Part shown: one piece after another, positions 38,064 through 48,654 of the stretch | Position numbering within the stretch: the first letter of the stretch is position 1 | Layout: every line of letters starts with the position of its first letter | NCBI GenBank assembly: GCA_045645405.1 | Contig: JAZRIQ010000004.1 | Location: forward strand, 159,933 to 223,932 | DNA: 64,000 bases | Direction of reading: 5' to 3' | Source: Eubacteriales bacterium | Lineage (GTDB): Bacteria; Bacillota; Clostridia; Oscillospirales; CAG-272 | The notes under the pieces: model-generated | Database searches by the model: none | The model's input: the letters and a program-made list of their open reading frames with translations, nothing else | Told to the model about the DNA's origin: nothing | Program-made: the position numbers and the translations under genes

Positions 38064-38126
38064 ATTTTCATAAAATAAAGTCCTCGCAAATATACTTTAG
38101 TACGAGTATGTTTGCGAGGTTTTAAT

Positions 38127-38555
38127 ATGATAAAAAGAAAAAATCGTTTAAAAAACAAAGAGTTATCCTATATGGATATTATAGTTCGTTCATTGAAATT
38201 TACCGTATTATTTTGTTTAATGGGAATTTTATTGTCGTTTGCAACATCTTTAATTTTGTATAGAACCGAAGATCCCTGCGCCTTTTTGGAAATTACAGGA
38301 ATCAGCTTACTTTTCTTCACTGTATCTGTAACATCGTTTATACAATCAAAGGTCAACAAGCAACGTTATTTTTTTGCTAGCCTGCTTCTCGGTATATTTA
38401 TATTTATTTTGACATTTTTAATAAGCATCATAACATCGAAATATGAATTTAATACGGTAAATTTCATTTGGAGACTTTTAATCCCCGTGTTTAGCGTATT
38501 AGGAGGAGCATTGGGAGTAAATAAAGAAAACAAAAAGCGAAAAAGGAACAGATAA
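38127..38555 (+). CDS. Hypothetical polytopic membrane protein
   Basis: Four predicted TM segments. The ATG at 38127 has a GAGG Shine-Dalgarno; the ORF-track start at 38112 is a TTG. Family not confidently recognised. Confidence 0.5.
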   Translation: MIKRKNRLKNKELSYMDIIVRSLKFTVLFCLMGILLSFATSLILYRTEDPCAFLEITGISLLFFTVSVTSFIQSKVNKQRYFFASLLLGIFIFILTFLISIITSKYEFNTVNFIWRLLIPVFSVLGGALGVNKENKKRKRNR

Positions 38556-38595
38556 AATAAAAATCTCCACAGTGTTGTGGAGATTTTTATTTGAA

Positions 38596-38937
38596 TTAGT
38601 TAAGTTCTTTAACCTTTGATGCCTTGCCGACTCTGTCACGAAGATAGTAAAGTTTAGAACGTCTAACCTTACCTTTTCTAACAACCTCAACATTAGCAAC
38701 TGATGGAGAGTGAATTGGGAATGTTTTTTCAACACCGCAACCGTAAGCAACTCTTCTTACAGTAAATGTTTCAGAAATTCCGCCGTTATGCTTTGCAATA
38801 ACAGTTCCTTCGAAAATCTGAATTCTCTCTCTTGTACCCTCTTTAATAAGGTTGTGTACCTTTACAGTATCACCAATGTTGAACTGTGGTACCTCTTTCT
38901 TTAACTGCTCGTTTACAAAAGCTTGAATCTTGTCCAT
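38596..38937 (-). CDS. rplS: 50S ribosomal protein L19
   Basis: [44 protein letters not shown] is the L19 signature. Confidence 0.95.
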   Translation of the reverse strand: MDKIQAFVNEQLKKEVPQFNIGDTVKVHNLIKEGTRERIQIFEGTVIAKHNGGISETFTVRRVAYGCGVEKTFPIHSPSVANVEVVRKGKVRRSKLYYLRDRVGKASKVKELN

Positions 38938-39051
38938 AATAAGCCTCCATTAAATTCAGACGTTCATGCAGAGCTACGCAGAGGACCGTCCGTTTTATTA
39001 CGCACATTTTGCACGCGTTGGTATTATATCATATAGTTTTTGGTTTTGCAA
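38938..39051 (-). promoter_or_regulatory. rplS promoter plus a roughly 80-nt GC-enriched 5' leader (possible L19 autoregulatory leader)
   Basis: Minus strand: TTGCAA (39051-46), a 17-nt spacer, then TATAAT (39028-23). The leader reads CAACGCGUGCAAAAUGUGCGUAAUAAAACGGACGGUCCUCUGCGUAGCUCUGCAUGAACGUCUG. The promoter is well supported; the leader function is inferred. Confidence 0.4.
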
Positions 39052-39154
39052 GTGTTTTTTTTATTTTGTTAAAAATTTTTTATATGCCAATTTTTTATTG
39101 TTTATTTTAAAATTTTGTGTTATAATATATGTCGTAAAATTCTGGAGGTTCATT

Positions 39155-39826
39155 ATGCAAGAGGAATATATTGATTATACCATTAACAGAGAGAAAACAA
39201 ATAAGGCTTTTGCTAATTTTTTTGATATATTAGAATCGTTTGTGTATGCCATAGTTGCCGTTGTTTTGGTTTTCCTCTTTTTCGGTCGCCTTAGCATCGT
39301 AGATGGCCATTCTATGGACGACACACTTTCTCACGGTGAATATCTCGTTGTATCAAATCCGCTTTTTTTGTATAAACCCAATAACGGCGACATTGTAGTT
39401 ATTGATGGTGGTGACGCTTTTGGAAGCTACAATAAACCGATAGTTAAAAGGATAATTGCAACAGAAGGTCAAACAATTACAATCAATTTTAAAGAAGAGA
39501 CGGTTTATATAGATGGAAAATTGATTGACGAAGGCTATGCAAAATACGTTTATCCTTATGGTGATTCACCAAGTGATATTACTTACAGATATCACAATTC
39601 TCTTTTCTATAAAGGCGAGTTGTTTGGAGGGAAAGATTTCTATGATAACTCAACAGGTATTTTTACCGCAACAATTCCCGATAACCATGTTTTTGTAATG
39701 GGAGACAATCGACTTAATTCAGCAGACAGCCGTGCAAGCGATATCGGATTTGTTCACCAGGATTACATTGTCGGCAAAGCAATTTTCAGATTATTTCCAT
39801 TCTCTTCCATAGGAGGACTTTACTAA
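39155..39826 (+). CDS. lepB: Signal peptidase I
   Basis: TM anchor, catalytic Ser box VDGHSMDDTL, KRIIATEGQ, and VMGDNRLNSADSR. The start at 39155 has a GGAGG Shine-Dalgarno. Confidence 0.9.
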   Translation: MQEEYIDYTINREKTNKAFANFFDILESFVYAIVAVVLVFLFFGRLSIVDGHSMDDTLSHGEYLVVSNPLFLYKPNNGDIVVIDGGDAFGSYNKPIVKRIIATEGQTITINFKEETVYIDGKLIDEGYAKYVYPYGDSPSDITYRYHNSLFYKGELFGGKDFYDNSTGIFTATIPDNHVFVMGDNRLNSADSRASDIGFVHQDYIVGKAIFRLFPFSSIGGLY

Positions 39827-40695
39827 TGCAGTCAGAGATTATTCAATGGTTTCCCGGACACATGGCGAAAACTCGCCGACTGATTTCGGAAAATCTAAGG
39901 GAAGTTGACATAATTATTGAAATTTTAGACGCAAGAATTCCCTATAGCTCCAAAAATCCCGAAATTGCAAGACTTATCGGCGACAAGCCCTGCTTAACTA
40001 TTTTAAACAAGGCTTCTTTAGCGGACAAAGCAACTACAAAAAAATGGGTGGAATATTATTCAAGCATTGGCAAACATGCTATTGCTATTGACTGTATAAG
40101 CGGTGACGGTCTTTCTCTATTGGCACCAACTATCAAAAAAATTCTATCCGATAAAATAGAACGCTATGAGTCAAAAGGAATGAGCGGAAGAAAGCTGCGC
40201 GCTATGTTTGTTGGAATTCCTAACGTGGGAAAATCCTCTCTTATCAATAAGCTCTGCGGCACAAAAAAAGCGAAGGTTGAAAACAGACCAGGCGTTACGT
40301 TAAACAAGCAATGGATTCCTACAACCATTGGTCTCGATTTAATGGATATGCCCGGTGTATTGTGGCCAAAATTTGAAGAAAAAGAGGTAGGAGAAAATCT
40401 TGCTATTACCGGTGCTATAAAAGATGCAATTTTAGATATCGAATATATCGCTGTAATTCTTTGTAAGCGCCTTAAGGAAATCGCTCCCGAGCAATTTATG
40501 GCAAGATACAAGATTACTAAAGACGAGCTTGATAAATGTGAAATGGACTATGAAATTTTTGAGCTTGTAGGCAGAAAAAGAGGTTTTTTAATCTCCGGTG
40601 GTGAGATAAATACAGAAAGAACCGCCGCTACCTTGCTCGAGGAATTCAGAAACTCTAAAATAGGTACTATTTCACTGGAAATTCCTAAAAATTGA
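39826..40695 (+). CDS. rbgA: Ribosome biogenesis GTPase A (YlqF/RbgA)
   Basis: [13 protein letters not shown] and circularly permuted G motifs ([22 protein letters not shown]). Confidence 0.92.
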   Translation: MQSEIIQWFPGHMAKTRRLISENLREVDIIIEILDARIPYSSKNPEIARLIGDKPCLTILNKASLADKATTKKWVEYYSSIGKHAIAIDCISGDGLSLLAPTIKKILSDKIERYESKGMSGRKLRAMFVGIPNVGKSSLINKLCGTKKAKVENRPGVTLNKQWIPTTIGLDLMDMPGVLWPKFEEKEVGENLAITGAIKDAILDIEYIAVILCKRLKEIAPEQFMARYKITKDELDKCEMDYEIFELVGRKRGFLISGGEINTERTAATLLEEFRNSKIGTISLEIPKN

Positions 40696-40703
40696 GGGAG
40701 ATT

Positions 40704-41303
40704 ATGGTAGATTATACATTTGATTTATTACAAAAAAGCGAAAAAGTACAGATTGTTTGCGGAGTTGATGAGGCAGGCAGAGGTCCTCTTGCCGGTCCTG
40801 TAGTTGCTGCTGCATGTATTTTGCCTGACGGATTTGAAATAGAGGGCTTAAACGATTCAAAAAAGTTGAGTGAAAAAAAGAGAGAAAAACTTTTCGACAT
40901 AATTATAAATAACGCCGTTTGTTATTCTATTGCCTCCGCTTCAGTTGAAGAAATCGAAGATTTAAACATACTTAACGCAGCAGTGCTTGCTATGAACAGA
41001 GCCGTTGACGGCTTGGAAATTAAACCTGATTTAGCTTTGATAGACGGAAATACTTCAAGAGGCTTTTCTATCGAAACAAAAACAGTAGTAGGGGGAGATG
41101 CAATTTCTCCATCTATTGCAGCAGCCTCTATTTTAGCGAAGGTTACAAGAGACCGTATGTGTTACGATTTCGACAAAACATATCCTCAATATGGCTTTGC
41201 AAAGCATAAAGGCTACGGAACCAAGATGCACATTGATGCGTTGAAGCAATATGGAGTTACTCCTATTCACCGCCCATCTTTTTTGAAATTTTTAAATAAG
41301 TAG
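40704..41303 (+). CDS. rnhB: Ribonuclease HII
   Basis: [24 protein letters not shown] and HKGYGT motifs. The ATG at 40704 follows a GAGGGAG Shine-Dalgarno. Confidence 0.92.
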   Translation: MVDYTFDLLQKSEKVQIVCGVDEAGRGPLAGPVVAAACILPDGFEIEGLNDSKKLSEKKREKLFDIIINNAVCYSIASASVEEIEDLNILNAAVLAMNRAVDGLEIKPDLALIDGNTSRGFSIETKTVVGGDAISPSIAAASILAKVTRDRMCYDFDKTYPQYGFAKHKGYGTKMHIDALKQYGVTPIHRPSFLKFLNK

Positions 41304-41305
41304 TT

Positions 41306-41698
41306 ATGAATGAATTCAGCACCCGTGACGTAGGCAAATTCGGTGAAAATGTTTGCGCAAAATACATAAAAAAAGTAAAAAAACTAAAAATTTTAGGTAG
41401 AAACGTTACTGTTGGTCATTTGGAAGCGGATATAGTCGCTTACGATAAAGACTATATAGTTATCATCGAAGTAAAAACACGTCGCGCAGACAAAAATAAT
41501 ATCTACCGTCCTGCCGATGCTGTTAACTATGAAAAAAGAACAAATCTTATAAAGTTTGCATATACTTTTTGTCAGACGCTACCTCTAAAGCATAGAAAAA
41601 AATCTTTAAGAATTGACGTGTGCGAGGTTATGTGTGTAGCAGAAAAAAAGCTAAAGGTTACTTCTCTTAATTATATAGAAGATGCTGTTTCGAGGTAA
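41306..41698 (+). CDS. YraN family (UPF0102) endonuclease-like protein
   Basis: G.FGE..CAKYI...GEADIVAYD...IVIIEVKTR core. It follows rnhB, as is typical. Confidence 0.75.
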   Translation: MNEFSTRDVGKFGENVCAKYIKKVKKLKILGRNVTVGHLEADIVAYDKDYIVIIEVKTRRADKNNIYRPADAVNYEKRTNLIKFAYTFCQTLPLKHRKKSLRIDVCEVMCVAEKKLKVTSLNYIEDAVSR

Positions 41699-41699
41699 T

Positions 41700-42593
41700 A
41701 TGCTTCCTTTATTTGATTTACATTGTGATACTTTTTCCGAGCTTTACATTACTAAACAAAATTTCACTAACAATTCTCTCCACATATCATTAAAAAACGC
41801 TGCAAATTTTAACCCTTACGTACAAATATGCGCAATCTGGAGTGATTACCGTCTGGATAATGATGATGCTTTCTTAAAATGTTTAGATACTGTTAAATAC
41901 GTTAAAGAACACAATATTTACACTAGCACAAGCCTTAACGAAGGCATAGACAAAAATTTTATTTTATCAGTTGAAGACGCTCGTATTTTAAACAATGATT
42001 TATCCAGACTGGATACTCTTTATTCTCTCGGTGTTAGAGTCATCACTTTAAATTGGAAGGATACCAGTTGCATTGGCGGAGGTTGGAATACTCATATCGG
42101 TCTTACAGACTTTGGCAAAAGCTTAATTAAACGCGCTCTTGAATTAAAGATGGTCATAGATTTATCCCACTCCTCTATTGAGGTGTTCAATGAGGCCTTA
42201 AATTTAACAAAAAACTCATATTATCCGCCTATTGCCTCACACTCTAACTCTTATGCTATTTGTAATAACAAACGCAATTTGAACGACGAACAATTTACAG
42301 AACTGTGTAAACGTAAGTCGATAGTAGGGATTTCTTTGGTTCCCGAGCATTTAGGTGAAAACGCAACCATATACAGTATTTTAAAGCACATATATCATTT
42401 TTTATCTATCGGCGGTGAAAACATTCTTTGTTTAGGCTGTGACTTTGACGGCACTCATTCCCTTCCTGTAGGTATATATAACATTTCAGATTTATCAACA
42501 GTTTTCTCAGCTCTGAATAAAGAGTTTGGAGAAAAAATTACTAAAAAAATATTTTTTGAAAATGCACATTCATATTTCAATAAAATTCTTTGA
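41700..42593 (+). CDS. Membrane dipeptidase (peptidase M19) family protein
   Basis: N-terminal FDLHCDT, ITLNW, DLSH and ASHSN metal-ligand-like blocks. Confidence 0.65.
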   Translation: MLPLFDLHCDTFSELYITKQNFTNNSLHISLKNAANFNPYVQICAIWSDYRLDNDDAFLKCLDTVKYVKEHNIYTSTSLNEGIDKNFILSVEDARILNNDLSRLDTLYSLGVRVITLNWKDTSCIGGGWNTHIGLTDFGKSLIKRALELKMVIDLSHSSIEVFNEALNLTKNSYYPPIASHSNSYAICNNKRNLNDEQFTELCKRKSIVGISLVPEHLGENATIYSILKHIYHFLSIGGENILCLGCDFDGTHSLPVGIYNISDLSTVFSALNKEFGEKITKKIFFENAHSYFNKIL

Positions 42594-42604
42594 AAGGAGC
42601 TTTT

Positions 42605-43330
42605 ATGTCTTTATTTTCAATGGCTGATTTGCACTTATCACTGTCGGTAGATAAGCCAATGGATATTTTTGGTGCAAGATGGACCGACCACATTGAAAAA
42701 ATCAGAAAAAATTGGTGTGCTGTGGTTACAGACAATGATACGGTAATTGTTCCCGGTGATATTTCTTGGGCAATTGACTACAATGAAGCCATAAAAGATT
42801 TTGAGTTCATTGAATCTCTGCCCGGTAAAAAGCTTTTGGGTAAAGGCAATCATGACTACTGGTGGGGAACAATGGCAAAAAACAGAGCCTTTTGTAAAGA
42901 TTTAGGCTTTCAGACTATTGATTTTTTGTTTAACAATGCATTTAAAGTGGAGGAATACATAATTTGCGGTACTCGCGGATGGTACGTAGATGAAAAGTTG
43001 CAAAACACCACTAATGACGTTGAATATCAAAAAATTGTCAATCGAGAATCGGCAAGATTAAAAATGAGCCTTGAAGAAGCAAAGAAACTTCAAGAAAATA
43101 ATGAGCAAATTCTTGTTTTCTTTCATTTTCCACCGGTTTTCAATAATTTTGTTTGCGAAGAAATAGTTAATATTTTATTAGAATATGAAATAAAGCAATG
43201 TTATTTCGGACATATTCACGGTTCTTATTGCATTCCAAAAACTACTGAATACAAAGGGATATCTTTTTCCTTGGTTTCGGCAGATTATTTAAACTTTATA
43301 CCAATGATACTTATGCCTTATGAGTATTAA
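42605..43330 (+). CDS. Metallophosphoesterase
   Basis: MADLHLS, PGDISW, GNHDYWW and GHIHG motifs. Confidence 0.75.
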   Translation: MSLFSMADLHLSLSVDKPMDIFGARWTDHIEKIRKNWCAVVTDNDTVIVPGDISWAIDYNEAIKDFEFIESLPGKKLLGKGNHDYWWGTMAKNRAFCKDLGFQTIDFLFNNAFKVEEYIICGTRGWYVDEKLQNTTNDVEYQKIVNRESARLKMSLEEAKKLQENNEQILVFFHFPPVFNNFVCEEIVNILLEYEIKQCYFGHIHGSYCIPKTTEYKGISFSLVSADYLNFIPMILMPYEY

Positions 43331-43434
43331 CGGAATAATTTCTTTATATTTTTTAAAATTTATATTGACTTTTTAAAATGTTTTATATATAATAGATGAG
43401 AATAAATTACCAAAGCATTTGGAGGAATATTAAA

Positions 43435-44718
43435 ATGGCTTTAAAAAATACAACTAAGGTAGAAACAAATCTTTACGAAATTGAGTTTGACGCAGACAAA
43501 GCAACTTTTGATGCGGCTATTGAAAAGGTATACCGTAAGGAAGTTAAGAAAATTTCAATTCCAGGTTTCAGAAAAGGCAAAGCTCCTCGCTCAATTATCG
43601 AAAAAATGTACGGCAAGGGCGTTTTCTATGAAGATGCAGTTAATGAAATTATCCCTGATGCTTACGAAAGTGCAATAAAGGAATCCGGTCTTACTGTCGT
43701 TAGCCGTCCTGAATTTGACATTGTTACCATTGACGAAAACGGCGTTGTTCTCAAAGCTAAATTTTACGTAAAGCCTGAAGTTTCTTTAAAGGAATACAAA
43801 GGAATCAAGGCTACAAAAACAGTTGAAGCTGTAACAGAAGAAAATATAAACAGCGAAATCGAAATGGTTCGTGCTCGTAACGGCAGAATAGTTGAGATTA
43901 CTGACAGAGCTGTTGAAGACGGTGACATAGCGGTTATTGACTATGAAGGTTTTTGCGACGGCGTAGCATTCGACGGTGGCAAGGGCGAAAAATACGAGCT
44001 TGCTATTGGCTCACACAGCTTTATTCCAGGCTTTGAAGAGCAAATTATCGGTCACAATATCGGCGAAAGCTTCGATATCAACGTTAAATTTCCTGAAGAG
44101 TACCACTCTAACGATTTAGCGGGCAAGGATGCAATCTTCAAGATTGTTCTTCACGGTATTAAGAAGAATGAGCTTCCAGAGCTTGATGATGAATTTGCAA
44201 AGGACGTAAGCGAATTTGATACATTTGATGAATACAAGGCTGATATAAAGGCAAAACTTGAAAAGAAAAATGAAAAAGCGGCTGAAAATGCAGTTGAAGA
44301 ACAAATCATCAACGCTTTAATTGAAAACCTTGAGGCTGAAATTCCTGCTCCAATGTTTGAAAATGAGGCTGAAAACTTTGTTCGTGATTATGACTCCAGA
44401 CTTCGTATGCAGGGACTTGACCTTCAAACATATTGCAAATACACAGGTCAAACTCTTGAAACACTCCGTGAGCAATTCAAGCCTATGGCTGAAAGACAAG
44501 TAAAAACACGTCTTGCCCTTGAAAAAATAGTAGAGCTTGAAGCTATCGCTGCATCTGATGAAGAGGTTGAAGCTGAATATGAAAACCTTGCTAATGCATA
44601 CGGCATGAAGGCAGAAGAAGTAAAGAAATACGTTGAGGCTGATGCAGTAAGAGCTGACCTTTGCGTTAAAAAGGCTGTTGACTTTATCAAAGAGAATGCC
44701 GATATCACAAACGCTTAA
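43435..44718 (+). CDS. tig: Trigger factor
   Basis: Ribosome-binding motif IPGFRKGKAPR and an FKBP-type PPIase core (DYEGFCDGVAFDGGKG). GGAGG Shine-Dalgarno before 43435. Confidence 0.93.
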   Translation: MALKNTTKVETNLYEIEFDADKATFDAAIEKVYRKEVKKISIPGFRKGKAPRSIIEKMYGKGVFYEDAVNEIIPDAYESAIKESGLTVVSRPEFDIVTIDENGVVLKAKFYVKPEVSLKEYKGIKATKTVEAVTEENINSEIEMVRARNGRIVEITDRAVEDGDIAVIDYEGFCDGVAFDGGKGEKYELAIGSHSFIPGFEEQIIGHNIGESFDINVKFPEEYHSNDLAGKDAIFKIVLHGIKKNELPELDDEFAKDVSEFDTFDEYKADIKAKLEKKNEKAAENAVEEQIINALIENLEAEIPAPMFENEAENFVRDYDSRLRMQGLDLQTYCKYTGQTLETLREQFKPMAERQVKTRLALEKIVELEAIAASDEEVEAEYENLANAYGMKAEEVKKYVEADAVRADLCVKKAVDFIKENADITNA

Positions 44719-44816
44719 TTAAAGCGGCTATGTTAATTTGACAAATATTATCATCATTACCGCTACAAATATTGTGGCGGTAATTTTGACTAAACTTAAA
44801 TTTTAGGAGGAATATT

Positions 44817-45401
44817 ATGGCTTACATTCCAATGGTAGTTGAACAAACCAACAGAGGTGAACGTTCTTACGACATTTATTCAAGACTTTTAGAGGATAGA
44901 ATTGTATTTTTATGCGACGAAGTAAATGATGCAACAGCTTCATTGGTTGTCGCACAGCTTCTTTTTCTTGAAGCTCAAGACCCCGACAAGGATATAAATT
45001 TATATATCAACAGCCCCGGTGGAAGCGTTAGCGCGGGTCTTGCTATTTATGACACAATGAATTTTATTAAATGTGACGTATCTACTACTTGTATCGGTAT
45101 GGCAGCAAGTATGGGAGCATTTTTACTTTCAAGTGGTGCAAAAGGTAAGAGATATGCTCTTCCGAACAGTGAAATTATGATTCACCAGCCTTTAGGTGGT
45201 ACTCGCGGTCAAGCTACTGATATAAAAATTCATGCAGATCACATTTTAAAAACAAGAAGCAGACTTAACGCTATTTTGTCCAAAAATACCGGCAAAACTC
45301 TTGAGGAAATCGAAAGAGATACAGAACGCGATAATTTCTTAAGTGCCGACGAAGCAGCTGAATACGGTCTTGTTGACAAAGTAATTGATAAGAGAGTATA
45401 A
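44817..45401 (+). CDS. clpP: ATP-dependent Clp protease proteolytic subunit
   Basis: [11 protein letters not shown], catalytic Ser in [11 protein letters not shown], and MIHQPLGG. Confidence 0.96.
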   Translation: MAYIPMVVEQTNRGERSYDIYSRLLEDRIVFLCDEVNDATASLVVAQLLFLEAQDPDKDINLYINSPGGSVSAGLAIYDTMNFIKCDVSTTCIGMAASMGAFLLSSGAKGKRYALPNSEIMIHQPLGGTRGQATDIKIHADHILKTRSRLNAILSKNTGKTLEEIERDTERDNFLSADEAAEYGLVDKVIDKRV

Positions 45402-45404
45402 TAA

Positions 45405-46643
45405 ATGAACGAAATGAGAAAATGTTCTTTCTGCGGAAGGCAAGAAAGTGACGTTGAATTTATGATTCCTTCCCCTGACGGAAAAGCTAATATTTGCGAT
45501 TTTTGCATTGAGTTATGCCAGCAAGTACTTGAAGAATACGATTCAAATCTTGAGCCGTCAAAGGAAGATATTAAGCTCGACCTCTCTACTCTTCCGACCC
45601 CAATGAAGATGAAAGAAAAGCTTGACGAATACGTTATCGGTCAAGATAAAGCAAAGATAGCTCTTTCTGTGGCGGTTTACAACCATTACAAAAGACTGAT
45701 ATACAACGAAAACAAGTCGTCTGATGAAGAAGAAAATTACGTTGATATTCAAAAAAGCAACGTGCTTTTAATAGGTCCTACCGGTGTTGGAAAAACCTAT
45801 CTTGCTCAAACACTTGCGCGCACCTTAAACGTACCTTTTGCTATTGCTGATGCAACTACACTCACAGAAGCCGGCTACGTAGGCGAAGATGTAGAAAACA
45901 TTCTGCTTCGTTTGATTCAAGCTGCAGATTTTGACATTGCAAAAGCCGAAAAAGGTATTATTTATATTGATGAAATTGATAAAATTTCCAGAAAAAGCGA
46001 AAATCGCTCAATTACACGCGACGTTTCGGGCGAAGGTGTACAGCAAGCCCTTTTAAAAATTCTTGAGGGAACGGTTGCTAACGTTCCACCACAAGGCGGC
46101 AGAAAGCATCCTAACCAAGAATTTTTAAAAATTGATACCAAAAATATACTGTTTATCTGTGGCGGTGCCTTTGATGGCTTACAAGCAATCATACAAGGCC
46201 GTAAAGGAAAACAGCTTATGGGCTTTGGCGGTGAAATTAAAAGTAAACAAACTGTTCTTGATACCAAAATTTACGAAGACGTCACCGCACACGACATTGT
46301 TAAATACGGCTTAATACCTGAGCTTGTTGGACGTTTACCGGTGATTGTAGGTCTTGAAGAATTAGATGACGATGCTTTAGTACAAATTCTTTCAAAACCT
46401 AAAAATTCCATAACAAAGCAATATATTAAATTGCTTGAAATTGATGGTGTTAAATTAGAATTTACCGATGATGCTCTTCTTGCAGTTGCCAAAAAAGCAA
46501 TTGAAAGAAAAACCGGTGCAAGAGGCTTACGTTCAATTATGGAAGAAACAATGACGGAAATTATGTATGAAATCCCTTCCAAAAAGGATATCAAACATCT
46601 CGTAATAAACGCCGATTACATCAATAATAAATCTAAAGACTAA
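45405..46643 (+). CDS. clpX: ATP-dependent Clp protease ATP-binding subunit ClpX
   Basis: Zinc finger CSFCGR...CDFC, Walker [21 protein letters not shown], and GARGLRSI. Confidence 0.96.
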   Translation: MNEMRKCSFCGRQESDVEFMIPSPDGKANICDFCIELCQQVLEEYDSNLEPSKEDIKLDLSTLPTPMKMKEKLDEYVIGQDKAKIALSVAVYNHYKRLIYNENKSSDEEENYVDIQKSNVLLIGPTGVGKTYLAQTLARTLNVPFAIADATTLTEAGYVGEDVENILLRLIQAADFDIAKAEKGIIYIDEIDKISRKSENRSITRDVSGEGVQQALLKILEGTVANVPPQGGRKHPNQEFLKIDTKNILFICGGAFDGLQAIIQGRKGKQLMGFGGEIKSKQTVLDTKIYEDVTAHDIVKYGLIPELVGRLPVIVGLEELDDDALVQILSKPKNSITKQYIKLLEIDGVKLEFTDDALLAVAKKAIERKTGARGLRSIMEETMTEIMYEIPSKKDIKHLVINADYINNKSKD

Positions 46644-46648
46644 TAAAA

Positions 46649-46688
46649 AACAGGAAAAGATTAAATTTCTTTTCCTGTTTTATTTTTT
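46649..46688. terminator. Bidirectional Rho-independent terminator
   Basis: Stem aacaggaaaag pairs with cttttcctgtt, flanked by an A-run and a T-run. It sits between convergent genes. Confidence 0.8.
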
Positions 46689-47500
46689 TAGTATTTAATG
46701 TTTTTCATATATTCAATGCTCATTTTTGCGCATTCCAAACGAGACTTGCCCATTGATGGCTCATCCTGTTCAGCTATAATCCACGATGCTCCTGCTTCTT
46801 TAGCGGCATCAACAATCTCCTGCACGTTTTGCTTGCCATAGCCTAACGGTCTATATTCAAACGTATTTTTCACTTCTTGTTCAGCACTGTCAATGCCTAT
46901 AAGCTTATACATATTATCGTTTTTCGCGCCAACAAAGTCTTTTAAGTGAACAACCGGTGCTCTGCCGGTATATTTTAGCACGTATTGAGACGGATTTTCG
47001 CCTGCAACGTTTACCCAGCAGGTATCAATTTCTGTTTTTAACAAATCAGCTGAAACCTCGTTATAAAGAGCGTCTAAAGCATACTCGCCGTCTTCTGTCT
47101 TAACAAACTCAAAGTCGTGATTATGATACAATAAAGTAATCCCGTATTTGTTGCAAACCTCACCAATTTTTTTGATGTTAGAAACTACCTCGGAATATTT
47201 ATCTGTGCCGTATCTTAATTCGTTAGGTAAATATGGAATAGCTATGTATTTGCAACCAATTTCGTTATATGTTTTTACAGTTGCTTCAATATCAACCATT
47301 AAATCCTGATATGCAACGTGCGCTGAAATTGGAATCAAGTTTGCCTCATCAAACATTTCCTTTACTTCTTTACCGCTTTTGCCGTAAAGACCTGCAAGCT
47401 CGCCACCCTCGTATCCCATTGCTTTTACTTCTTTAAGAGTTCCTAAAAAATCCTTTTCCAAATTTTCTCTTACCGAGTATAATTGTAATCCTAATTTCAT
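46688..47500 (-). CDS. Sugar phosphate isomerase/epimerase (xylose isomerase-like TIM barrel)
   Basis: MKLGLQLYSVRE..., a YHNHDFEF metal-ligand block, and IAEQD near the C-terminus. Confidence 0.7.
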   Translation of the reverse strand: MKLGLQLYSVRENLEKDFLGTLKEVKAMGYEGGELAGLYGKSGKEVKEMFDEANLIPISAHVAYQDLMVDIEATVKTYNEIGCKYIAIPYLPNELRYGTDKYSEVVSNIKKIGEVCNKYGITLLYHNHDFEFVKTEDGEYALDALYNEVSADLLKTEIDTCWVNVAGENPSQYVLKYTGRAPVVHLKDFVGAKNDNMYKLIGIDSAEQEVKNTFEYRPLGYGKQNVQEIVDAAKEAGASWIIAEQDEPSMGKSRLECAKMSIEYMKNIKY

Positions 47501-47501
47501 T

Positions 47502-48200
47502 TTACACCTCATTATAAATTTTCACAAAATTTTTCACTATTTTAATTGATTGATTTGCCGCTTTTTCAGCAAACGTAGCATAATCCATTTCCGCTCCGTG
47601 TCCGTCTGAAATTGATCTTAATATACCAAACGGAATATTGTTAACGTAACAGGTGTGACCAACTGCTCCGCCTTCCATTTCACATGCAATAGCTCCAAAG
47701 TCTTTGTTTAAAGACTTTTTTTCTTCTGAATTTGACATGAACTTATCGCCTGTGGCAATAGTGCCACACAAGCTCTTGCAAAAAGCCATATCAGCCGATT
47801 TTACAAGTGTTTCCACAACGCCTTGGTTTGCCTCGAAGTATATGACGTTAATGCCAGAAATAAGCCCTTTGGGGTCTCCTAAGGGAGAGGTATCCATATC
47901 GTGTTGCACAACGTTATTAGCGATTGCAACGTTTAAAATTTCCAGATCTTCACACAAAGACCCTGCAACACCCGAATTTATAATAACGTCTGGGTGATAC
48001 TCTAATATCATAGTTTGAGCGCATATAGCGGCAAAAACCTTTCCTATTCCGCATTTTGCAACTACGATTTCTTTATCGTATAAGCTTCCTCTATAAAATC
48101 TTATACCACTAATTGTTTTTTCAGTAACATTCTCCATTGAGGAAACAATACCGTTTACCTCTATATCCATAGCTCCGATAATTCCAATTATATTACTCAT
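47502..48200 (-). CDS. mtnN: 5'-methylthioadenosine/S-adenosylhomocysteine nucleosidase
   Basis: IGIIGAMDIEV, GIGKV, ACEMEGGAVGH and SISD motifs. Confidence 0.9.
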   Translation of the reverse strand: MSNIIGIIGAMDIEVNGIVSSMENVTEKTISGIRFYRGSLYDKEIVVAKCGIGKVFAAICAQTMILEYHPDVIINSGVAGSLCEDLEILNVAIANNVVQHDMDTSPLGDPKGLISGINVIYFEANQGVVETLVKSADMAFCKSLCGTIATGDKFMSNSEEKKSLNKDFGAIACEMEGGAVGHTCYVNNIPFGILRSISDGHGAEMDYATFAEKAANQSIKIVKNFVKIYNEV

Positions 48201-48645
48201 ATTTGAACGTAACCTCCTTGGAGTTTAGAACCTTAAGATATCTTTGAGCTTCTATCTGAGCGGCTTCAAGATTTAAATTTCTGTAATTTCCGCATTCTTC
48301 TCTGGTGTTACCGAAAATTTCACCATTATGCTCTATGATTTTTAAAAGAACCGATTTAACAACATCTAAAACATTTTCATTAGACTCGTCTCTTACAAGC
48401 AAATAAAATCCGGTCTGACAACCCATTGGACCAAAATATATGATTTTGTTTCCGATTTCAGAGTTTCGTACATAGGTTGCAAACATGTGCTCTAAAGAGT
48501 GCATTGTCAAGTTATCAATATAATCACCCATATTAGGTTTTCTCATTCTCATATCATAAGTGGTTATATCTTTGTCTATTCTTGATACGTAGATGCCTTC
48601 TTGAATTTTATCGTGATTTACTGTAAAGCTAGCTATTTTATTCAT
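48193..48645 (-). CDS. luxS: S-ribosylhomocysteine lyase
   Basis: Metal-binding motif HSLEHMFATY and GPMGCQTGFY. Confidence 0.92.
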   Translation of the reverse strand: MNKIASFTVNHDKIQEGIYVSRIDKDITTYDMRMRKPNMGDYIDNLTMHSLEHMFATYVRNSEIGNKIIYFGPMGCQTGFYLLVRDESNENVLDVVKSVLLKIIEHNGEIFGNTREECGNYRNLNLEAAQIEAQRYLKVLNSKEVTFKYE

Positions 48646-48654
48646 AAAAACCTC

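Noticed and set aside
44719-44816. CtsR operator upstream of clpP
   Set aside because: Only isolated TTTGAC-like half sites about 50 nt apart were found, with no tandem GGTCAAA heptad repeat. The hairpin at 44757-44785 is more simply the tig terminator.
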